Source: a virus
Lineage: Duplodnaviria; Caudoviricetes
Direction: 5' to 3' (one strand)
DNA: 26,189 nucleotides
Virus record (IMG/VR): IMGVR_UViG_3300005805_000415
Span: 1-26,189 of that record
Shown here: positions 19,440 to 26,189 of the stretch, in pieces
Numbering within the stretch: the first letter of the stretch is position 1
How the letters are laid out: each line of letters starts with the position of its first letter
Made by a program: the position numbers and the translations under genes
The notes under the pieces: generated by a model
What the model saw: the letters and a program-made list of their open reading frames with translations, nothing else
Databases searched by the model: none
What the model was told of the DNA's origin: nothing

Positions 19440-22400
19440 ATGGCAGAAATTTATGTACAGCAAGGAACTTTAATTTCAGAAGTTTCTTTGATAGCATTTA
19501 TTCGTAAACAAGATATTGCATTCGATGCAGATAATCTTCGTCCATATAAGATTGCACGCGCATTCTTTGACGATATTGCAGTTACACAATTTTGCCAAAA
19601 GGGTAACAAGCTAATCTTAAATTCTAAAAAGAATATTGTAGTTAATGCGAACAGTACACTAGCTCATACCTCTAATTCTGTTTATCAAGGAACTTCGTTA
19701 GCTGCTGCAACATTCACAGCTGTAGTCGATAACTACTACTCTGGTAACAATACATTGATTATCAAATCAATGTCTGGTAATTTTGACGACAAGGCTTCAA
19801 TTTATGTGCAAAATGCAAATGGAATTACAGCCTTCAGCGCAAATATTGTTTCATTTAGTAACGAAAATAATTCAGACATATTTTTCAATGGTGAGGGGTT
19901 GGTTTGCCCCAACAATAATGTCTACTTCGAAGTTCTTGGAACATCAGGAGAAAACATTTTATATGTAAACGAAAATTTTACAACATTGGATGTGTCTGAT
20001 AATAGTTCAGCCGAAATTAACAATTTTAAAATTGGTGATCTGGTTTTCCAAACAGTTGATGGTTTGAATAAAGTAAACGCAGCTTCATACTTTGGTCAAG
20101 TTGTATATTCTACAGGAACTGGTGGTTCTATCGCTGTTCAAACTTTGAAGGGCGACTTGAATGTACACTCATCGAACGCAAATTCTAGATTATTTAATGC
20201 AACCAACGCATCAGTAGCTTCGTTGAGAGTAAAAAATACTGTAGCATACGACATTGAACCCAACAATGTGATTACTTCTATAACAACACCATCAAAAAAT
20301 GTATCAATTATATCTCACGAACATAGTTCAGGAATTATAGCAACTGCCAACGCGAATACTGTTCTGGGTGGTGGACAATACGTTTATGTAAATTCAAGTA
20401 ATACATCATTGGCTAATGGTAATTTAATGTATATTACTGCAGGCACAGGAATCGGACAATTCCGTAGAGTTGTTGCTGTAAGCGATAAAACCATAACTCT
20501 AAATTCACCATTCGTTGTGGATCCCACCCACACTTCAAAATATTCTTTCGGCAATCATATTGTTGATGAAAACGGTTCTCTATCAGGCATCTTTAATATG
20601 CCATCAGAACCAAACTTTAAATTTAAAACTGGTGAAAGAGTATTTTCTATTACAGATACTAATGTTTTAGCAGACGCAAACTTTACTATGAAAGGTTCTG
20701 CTAAATTTACTGCGGCTGGATTGATCAATCAAAATCAAACTATTGTGACAACACCGATCAATAATCCAATGCCTGAGTATACTCCTGATAATCCTGTTAC
20801 ACCATTATCTCCAACCGACAGAACATATACATCAACAACACAATCTGAACCAGTAACTGGAGCAACGACTACATCTGTTCCTAGAGTTCAGCTTGCTGAT
20901 GGCTTATCACAAACATTCTTCACACCTAAGCCAACTTCAAATAAAGTGAACAATGGATTGTATGCAACATCAATCGATCTATTCTTCAAGAACAAGCCCA
21001 GCGTGGCGAATGGTTCTTTACAACTACCTGTAACAGTTAAGATTGCTGAAGTGTTAAATGGTTATCCTACAAAGAATTATGTGGCAGCGAAAACTATAAA
21101 AGCAAAAGATGTGAAAATTTCAGATAATCCAAGCACATCAAACGTTGCAACATTGACTAAGTTTGAGTTTGATGATCCAGTTTACTTGCAACCAGACAGT
21201 GAATATGCTATTGTTATTTCTAGCGAATCTCCTGAATATGAATTGTATGTGGCTGAACTTGGTGGTGATGTACTTGGAGCCGATCCTCCTCGTCGTATCT
21301 CTGAACAGCCATATGCAGGATCACTATTCCGCACTCAAAATGCTACAACATGGACTCCATATCAAAACGAAGATTTGATGTTCGTGGTAAATAAGGCTGT
21401 GTTCGCATCTAGTGGCACTGCCACATTTAACTTAGAATCACCACCTAGATTCACGCAAAACGTAGATCGTTTGATGCTCCACAGCAATCAACTTTCTTTC
21501 CCAACTGCCAAAATTGACTATCGTATAAAGGGTGTATTCAAGGCTAATAATAATCAAGAAAATTTTGGCTATTATGTTTCACCGCACAAAGAATTTTCAT
21601 ATGGTAGTTTATTAGATACTTCAACAAAATTATCTTCGACATCGAATACTAATAGTAGATTGGTTCAATTCGGTAATGCTAACAGTGTGGTTATTGTGGT
21701 TGAATTAAGTACATCAGACACTGATGTCACTCCAATATTTAATTCTGAAACTCTAGCCATTGCTACTGTTGAACATGATGTGAACAACGCAGATTTACCA
21801 AACACTGTAATTTCAATAACAAATAGAGGTGTGGGTTATAATGCATACGCCGCAAGTGGTAATGTAATTCGTACTCACGCTGGAACTACTGAAAGCGATA
21901 CACCACTAGCCAACTCTGCGAAAGCATTTAGACAGACATTCCTATCTGATAGCTACAATGTTGCTATGTATGCAGTATCAATCAACGGAGGCGGTGGTAG
22001 TGGAGCGAATGGATTCGCAGTAGCGAACACCACTGGCTCAAATACTGTAGATTACATTGTAATGTTTACAGGTGGTTCTGGTTATGTTGAAAATCCAACA
22101 ATCTCTATTGCCAAGGGAACCGCAACCACAAACGTAAATGCAGAAGCGATTATTTCTGGTGAAACAGGTAAGAGCGGTGGCAACATTCGCGCTAAATATT
22201 TGACCCGCCAAATCGTTCTAGAAGATGGATTTGAGTCTGGTGATCTAAGAGTGTTTATGGATGTAATTCGTCCAAATGGAACAGACGTTCAGGTCTATTA
22301 CAAGGTTCTATCTGCTGAAGACCCAGATCGTTTCAATGATAAGAGATGGGTCCGTATGTTAAAGAGAGTAGATAAGAAATCTAAGAGCCAGCGAGAAATC

Positions 22401-22583
22401 GTTGAACTGGAATTCAAACCAAACTTAGAAGAAAACAAACTATATTACTATGATAATGGTGTCAAGTATCCTATTGGCGAAAAATTTAAATACTTTGCAA
22501 TTAAAGTTTGTATGTTATCAGAGGATCAAGCTGTTATTCCTGTTGTAAGAAATCTTCGTATTATAGCAACTCCAGAGGGTTAA
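19440..22583 (+). CDS. VrlC/DUF4815-like virion structural protein, C-terminal half
   Basis: 1047 aa. Starts with VSLIAFIRKQDIAFDADNLRP...AFFDD, then FKTGERVF.ITD, DGLSQTFF (DPLAQTF-like), TSIDLFFKNKP, TKFEFDDPVYLQ...EYAIV, QPYAGSLFRTQNATTWTPYQNEDLMF, AKYLTR.I.L and FAIKV.M......P....LRIIA. These motifs normally form the second half of the same polypeptide. Confidence 0.82.
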   Translation: MAEIYVQQGTLISEVSLIAFIRKQDIAFDADNLRPYKIARAFFDDIAVTQFCQKGNKLILNSKKNIVVNANSTLAHTSNSVYQGTSLAAATFTAVVDNYYSGNNTLIIKSMSGNFDDKASIYVQNANGITAFSANIVSFSNENNSDIFFNGEGLVCPNNNVYFEVLGTSGENILYVNENFTTLDVSDNSSAEINNFKIGDLVFQTVDGLNKVNAASYFGQVVYSTGTGGSIAVQTLKGDLNVHSSNANSRLFNATNASVASLRVKNTVAYDIEPNNVITSITTPSKNVSIISHEHSSGIIATANANTVLGGGQYVYVNSSNTSLANGNLMYITAGTGIGQFRRVVAVSDKTITLNSPFVVDPTHTSKYSFGNHIVDENGSLSGIFNMPSEPNFKFKTGERVFSITDTNVLADANFTMKGSAKFTAAGLINQNQTIVTTPINNPMPEYTPDNPVTPLSPTDRTYTSTTQSEPVTGATTTSVPRVQLADGLSQTFFTPKPTSNKVNNGLYATSIDLFFKNKPSVANGSLQLPVTVKIAEVLNGYPTKNYVAAKTIKAKDVKISDNPSTSNVATLTKFEFDDPVYLQPDSEYAIVISSESPEYELYVAELGGDVLGADPPRRISEQPYAGSLFRTQNATTWTPYQNEDLMFVVNKAVFASSGTATFNLESPPRFTQNVDRLMLHSNQLSFPTAKIDYRIKGVFKANNNQENFGYYVSPHKEFSYGSLLDTSTKLSSTSNTNSRLVQFGNANSVVIVVELSTSDTDVTPIFNSETLAIATVEHDVNNADLPNTVISITNRGVGYNAYAASGNVIRTHAGTTESDTPLANSAKAFRQTFLSDSYNVAMYAVSINGGGGSGANGFAVANTTGSNTVDYIVMFTGGSGYVENPTISIAKGTATTNVNAEAIISGETGKSGGNIRAKYLTRQIVLEDGFESGDLRVFMDVIRPNGTDVQVYYKVLSAEDPDRFNDKRWVRMLKRVDKKSKSQREIVELEFKPNLEENKLYYYDNGVKYPIGEKFKYFAIKVCMLSEDQAVIPVVRNLRIIATPEG

Positions 22584-22584
22584 T

Positions 22585-22794
22585 ATGAAACTTAGAGTGA
22601 GAGAAAATGATAGATTGGTGAGAGATTCCAATAATCTTGCGTTATTGAACACAGATCGTGACGCTATCAAGAGACACGAGATGAAGATGGAGCAGCTGCG
22701 TAAACAAAAGCAGCGAGACGAAGAAATAAATAGTATCAAGAATGATATTACAGAGTTGAAACAAATGCTTAGAGAGTTAATCAATGGCAAGTAG
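22585..22794 (+). CDS. Small conserved coiled-coil hypothetical protein
   Basis: 69 aa. LVRD..N.A.LNTD motif followed by a heptad-rich helix (EINSIKNDITELKQMLRELI). This kind of gene typically follows VrlC-like genes in T4-like phages. Confidence 0.8.
   Translation: MKLRVRENDRLVRDSNNLALLNTDRDAIKRHEMKMEQLRKQKQRDEEINSIKNDITELKQMLRELINGK
22725..22732 (+). promoter_or_regulatory. Possible late promoter AATAAATA upstream of the fibre gene
   Basis: One mismatch to TATAAATA, about 50 nt before the ATG at 22784. Inside a CDS. Confidence 0.35.
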
Positions 22795-25339
22795 TAACAA
22801 TATTAGCAATGTAGTCACATCAAATACGTTTAATAATTGGCGTATACAGACCAACCTAGCGATTAATGATGTAAATGAGATTGCTCGTGGTGATTTCGTA
22901 AAGCCTAATGGAAATGTAATCATTACTGATGGCTATCTATTGCTAGACAAAGGAAGTGGAACTACTCTGACTGTTGACTCAGATGCTCGTATTTCTGGAT
23001 TGCTCGATGTAAAGAATATTGAGCAAGATAATGGGGCATTCTTCTATTCTGAGAGCGGAGACGTACAATTTCAGAATGGTTCAATTGAATTTCAAATTGC
23101 TGGCAATACTAGAACAAGATTTTTGTTCAATAATAACTTTGCCAGTCTGTCAAATGTAAACGCCAACGGTTACATAGAGACAACTGGAACACATGCCAAT
23201 AATGGCTTGTTCATGAACATTGCGAATGTATTGAAAGTTAATACAACAGGCACTGTGAACATCTCCTCATCAGCAAGTTCACAGGGTAATTTAAATGTAG
23301 CAAATCTGTCAGTGCAAACCTTTGCGCGAATTCACAATGCATATATTCCAACACTAGAGGTTGATACACTAACTACCAACTTCCCTATTCAAGGTGAAGC
23401 GGAAGTTGATGCCGATAGTTATAGACTGCGCGCCTCTCAAACTTCAGATGGCGATGGAGTTTTTGGTGTTTCAAGAGGTGGAAGTCCTGCAGGATTGGCT
23501 GGAAATGCATTCTTAAAATTTGAATCTAGTGATTCTATTTGGCAAGCAACTGCAAATAATCTAGTCCCAGGAACTCAGGCTTCTATTGGATTCACTGTTT
23601 CAAACGGATATTATACTCTGTTAACAACACAGAACTTAGTTGACTCAATTACATCTACCAGTTTGACGAATGTTCCTACTGCTAACTCAGTGAAGTGGGC
23701 GTATGAGACTGCGCAGTCTGGTGGTTCTGCTGCGAACGTGGCTGCTAATACAGTTCGCGTTTCATTGAATGGATCTAGCACACTAGATAAACAACAGTTG
23801 AACTTTGTTAACTCTGCAACTATCATTGTAAATGTTGAGGGTGCGCAAGGATCCTTGGCTGGTAATGCAAATATCTCATTCACAGTAGCGCAAGCAGTTG
23901 GTGCTCAGGGTGCTCCTGGTGTGCAAGGCGCACAAGGAGTGCAGGGTGCTCAAGGTGTGCAAGGTTCACAAGGATTTCAAGGTGTACAAGGAACACAAGG
24001 TCCTCAAGGTCTACAAGGTTTAACAGGTGTTCAAGGATCCCAAGGCATTCAAGGTGCGCAAGGTCGTCAAGGCGCACAAGGTTTACAAGGTGTGCAAGGT
24101 CCACAGGGATTCCAAGGCAGCAGAGCTGGTGTAAATTATCAGTTCTCTAGTAACCAAGTTGACGAAGATCCTGGTGTAAATAAGTTTAGATTTAATAATG
24201 GAACCATCGCTTCTGTAAATAGAATTTTCATAAGTACAGTTGGTAATGGTGGGACAACTCAAACTAACTTTATAGAGTCATGGGATGATAACTCTGCGCC
24301 CGTTAGTGGTGTGCGAGGATATTTGTACATACAGGCTAGAGATCCTAGCGAAAGCACTATTGCAATATTCAAAATTTCTGGTGCTGTAATTGCTGGCGAC
24401 ACCAGTGGCTATAGAAAAGTGCCTGTAACATATGTTTCGGGAACCATGCCTACAAATGGTCTTGAGATGATTTTTGAATTCTCAGCAACAGGTGATGTTG
24501 GTGCACAAGGTTTAACTGGAGCACAGGGAGCAGCTGGTGCCACTGGTAATCAAGGTGTACAAGGAGCTCAAGGTCGTCAAGGCGAGCAGGGTCCGCAAGG
24601 TGTGCAAGGAACCAATGGTGTGAATGGAACTAATGGTTCCACAGGCGCACAAGGTATTCAAGGTGCACAAGGTCGCCAAGGTGCACAAGGTTTACAAGGC
24701 ATACAAGGTCCACAAGGTTTCCAAGGAAATGCTGGTACTAACGGAACTAATGGAACTAATGGTTCTACAGGTGCACAAGGTGTTCAAGGTGCACAAGGTA
24801 TAATAGGTGTTCAAGGTGCTCGAGGTCTACAGGGTGCTGTTGGTGCTGCAGGTACACAAGGTCCACAAGGATTCCAAGGAATTGCTGGTCCATCAGGAAC
24901 GATTAATGCAACTGATGTGACAGGTGGTGGAGTTCGATACTTAGTCGGTGTTGCAGCTAGAGGGTCTAACCAAACAGCTTCCGCATCTAGCCCATATTTT
25001 GATGGTGGTACTGTGTATGCTACAGATTTCTCAGCATCTTCTGATGCTAGACTGAAGGATGTAGTTGGTAAGATTGAAAATGCTCTAGAAAAAACTACAC
25101 AAATTGATGGTGTGAAGTATTATTGGAACAATTTAGCAAAACAAATCGGATTTGGTGAAAGTGAAGAATTACAAGTTGGATTGTTAGCGCAAAATATCTT
25201 GGAAGTTCTACCAGAGGCAGTAGACACCACACAAGGTCATTTGCGTGTCAAGTACGATCGTATTGTTCCTCTATTGGTTGAAGCCATCAAAGAACTCAAT
25301 GATAAGGTGAAAGCACTAGAAGCAAGATTGGGTGAGTAA
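22784..25339 (+). CDS. Tail fibre/whisker protein with collagen-like repeats and C-terminal intramolecular chaperone (peptidase S74)
   Basis: 851 aa. N-terminal [10 protein letters not shown] virion-attachment motif, two Gly-X-Y blocks, and C-terminal SDARLK...ALEK..QIDGV.Y.W...GLLAQ....VLPEAV...[16 protein letters not shown]. Confidence 0.88.
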   Translation: MASSNNISNVVTSNTFNNWRIQTNLAINDVNEIARGDFVKPNGNVIITDGYLLLDKGSGTTLTVDSDARISGLLDVKNIEQDNGAFFYSESGDVQFQNGSIEFQIAGNTRTRFLFNNNFASLSNVNANGYIETTGTHANNGLFMNIANVLKVNTTGTVNISSSASSQGNLNVANLSVQTFARIHNAYIPTLEVDTLTTNFPIQGEAEVDADSYRLRASQTSDGDGVFGVSRGGSPAGLAGNAFLKFESSDSIWQATANNLVPGTQASIGFTVSNGYYTLLTTQNLVDSITSTSLTNVPTANSVKWAYETAQSGGSAANVAANTVRVSLNGSSTLDKQQLNFVNSATIIVNVEGAQGSLAGNANISFTVAQAVGAQGAPGVQGAQGVQGAQGVQGSQGFQGVQGTQGPQGLQGLTGVQGSQGIQGAQGRQGAQGLQGVQGPQGFQGSRAGVNYQFSSNQVDEDPGVNKFRFNNGTIASVNRIFISTVGNGGTTQTNFIESWDDNSAPVSGVRGYLYIQARDPSESTIAIFKISGAVIAGDTSGYRKVPVTYVSGTMPTNGLEMIFEFSATGDVGAQGLTGAQGAAGATGNQGVQGAQGRQGEQGPQGVQGTNGVNGTNGSTGAQGIQGAQGRQGAQGLQGIQGPQGFQGNAGTNGTNGTNGSTGAQGVQGAQGIIGVQGARGLQGAVGAAGTQGPQGFQGIAGPSGTINATDVTGGGVRYLVGVAARGSNQTASASSPYFDGGTVYATDFSASSDARLKDVVGKIENALEKTTQIDGVKYYWNNLAKQIGFGESEELQVGLLAQNILEVLPEAVDTTQGHLRVKYDRIVPLLVEAIKELNDKVKALEARLGE
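23900..24124 (+). repeat. Collagen-like block 1: 25 uninterrupted Gly-X-Y triplets (mostly G-x-Q)
   Basis: GAQ GAP GVQ ... GPQ GFQ GSR, counted by hand. The DNA has a 9-nt caaggNNNN periodicity. Confidence 0.95.
24491..24904 (+). repeat. Collagen-like block 2: 46 uninterrupted Gly-X-Y triplets
   Basis: GDV GAQ GLT ... GIA GPS GTI, counted by hand. It includes GTN/GVN sub-runs. Confidence 0.95.
25040..25336 (+). other. Peptidase S74 intramolecular chaperone autoprocessing domain
   Basis: SDARLK (Ser/Lys dyad motif) starts at 25040, followed by GLLAQ, PEAV and a terminal coiled coil. Confidence 0.9.
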
Positions 25340-25341
25340 CT

Positions 25342-26043
25342 ATGCCAATTCAGTCATCAGCTAGTGGTGCAGACCCAGTAAAATTGAGTGAATTGTCCAC
25401 TGAATTCGGCAGTTCTGGAACAGTATCATTATTAGATTATCTAAGATATCCTGGTGGATCTTTGGTTCCAGACACTCAATTAAATAGAGATGTTGGAATA
25501 CCAACATCAGCTCCAGTCACTCTTTTAGATTTTTTAAGTGGCTCAAATGTTAGAATTCGCATTGAAAATGCCTCTGTTGCTAAAATAGCAAGAGGTGCGA
25601 ACAATGCTGCATCTTTATATAGAATCGCATCAAACGGTTCAGTAATTTTAACCGAAGCTGATGGCGGATCCACCGTCAGAAAAACTCATTTTGCTAATAA
25701 TAAAATCGCTACAGTTACTAACAGCGGAACCCCGTCATATACTCAAGGAACTGATGCTACTGCAGGAATGGGTTGGGCTAAAGAATTGACACCTGCATTG
25801 GATGCAACTTTATACAGCGTTAGAGCCACGTTAGTCAGTGGTTCAGTAAATACAGATGGTTACGCTTCTACTGGGGTTTGGTATGGATGTGAAACTAGTC
25901 CAGAATGGCGAGTTTTAGCTGGTAGTGGTATAGGGGGATCTCAATCTGCAACTTTAACAGTGGAAATTAGAAGAGATTCAAATTTAGTTGTTTTGGACTC
26001 AGCGTCAATTAGTCTATCGGCAACCTGGGAAAGTTTGGCATAA
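25342..26043 (+). CDS. Hypothetical protein, probable fibre-tip/adhesin
   Basis: 233 aa, 2 nt after the fibre stop. The N-terminus MPIQSS.....V.LSEL..EFG....VSL.DY...IPTS..V.L.DF resembles the fibre-docking N-terminus of proteins that follow S74-chaperoned fibres. The C-terminus is beta-rich. Function is inferred. Confidence 0.6.
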   Translation: MPIQSSASGADPVKLSELSTEFGSSGTVSLLDYLRYPGGSLVPDTQLNRDVGIPTSAPVTLLDFLSGSNVRIRIENASVAKIARGANNAASLYRIASNGSVILTEADGGSTVRKTHFANNKIATVTNSGTPSYTQGTDATAGMGWAKELTPALDATLYSVRATLVSGSVNTDGYASTGVWYGCETSPEWRVLAGSGIGGSQSATLTVEIRRDSNLVVLDSASISLSATWESLA

Positions 26044-26073
26044 GTTGTAAAATAACGATTAAATTTTTCATTA

Positions 26074-26081
26074 ACTAAATA
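26074..26081 (+). promoter_or_regulatory. Late promoter variant ACTAAATA
   Basis: Located in the 69-nt intergenic gap, 31 nt before the ATG at 26113, with GAGAG upstream of the start. Confidence 0.65.
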
Positions 26082-26112
26082 CTATGGCACCCCACACTCA
26101 TAGAGAGCGCAA

Positions 26113-26189
26113 ATGGCTTACGCAGAACTTACTCTTGATCAAGGAACTACATTTGAAACCTCTATCGACCTAACCAACGATGATGGAAC
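26113..26189 (+). CDS. Conserved phage structural protein, 5' fragment (runs off the right edge)
   Basis: Reads MAYAELTLDQGTTFETSIDLTNDDG. The L.lDQG.tF motif is common in small virion proteins of T4-like phages. Not in the ORF track. Confidence 0.7.
   Translation, partial: MAYAELTLDQGTTFETSIDLTNDDG

Noticed and set aside
12564-22198. Other NNTAAATA matches inside genes (12564, 12780, 22191)
   Set aside because: They are imperfect matches in AT-rich coding DNA far from start codons, as expected by chance.
23900-24904. CRISPR array or non-coding tandem repeat
   Set aside because: The 9-nt periodicity is explained by Gly-X-Gln codons in an open frame, and there is no repeat-spacer structure.
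3262-25673. Short alternative-frame and antisense ORFs in the track (e.g. 3627-3920, 5266-5631, 6660-6953, 12394-12687, 22518-22790, 23880-24104)
   Set aside because: All lie within long, well-supported genes, show no recognisable motifs, and look like shadows of biased codon usage or repeats.
25342-26043. Diversity-generating retroelement target in the fibre or adhesin
   Set aside because: No template/variable repeat pair differing at adenines, and no reverse transcriptase, is visible in this window.
26044-26112. Rho-independent terminator after the adhesin-like gene
   Set aside because: There is no convincing GC-rich hairpin followed by a U-tract.
1-26189. Stop-codon reassignment (alternative genetic code)
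   Set aside because: Genes up to 4.5 kb are open in the standard code and tile the window with gaps of a few nt. TAG and TGA both occur at natural gene ends.

Overview
The window is the late, virion-structural region of a large T4-like myovirus, with the cyanophage/pelagiphage-type layout rather than the enteric T4 layout. At the left edge, the 5' end of the head-completion gene gp4 lies on the minus strand (absent from the ORF track). It diverges from one tightly packed plus-strand operon across a palindromic pair of late promoters. The operon runs: gp48-like tail-tube cap, gp53, gp27-like hub, lysozyme-less gp5 with a long C-terminal extension, an unknown Gly-rich 615-aa protein, gp25, gp6, gp7, gp8, a VrlC/DUF4815-like protein split into two genes, a small coiled-coil protein, a collagen-repeat fibre with a peptidase-S74 chaperone, a probable fibre-tip protein, and the start of another structural gene. 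The most striking element is a 143-aa Hint (intein-like) domain (SGG|C...HHN) at the C-terminus of the first half of the split VrlC/DUF4815-like gene, exactly at the fission point. It lacks the block-B His and the +1 nucleophile, which points to autoprocessing or conjugation rather than splicing. All family assignments come from motif recognition and synteny; no database search was run.
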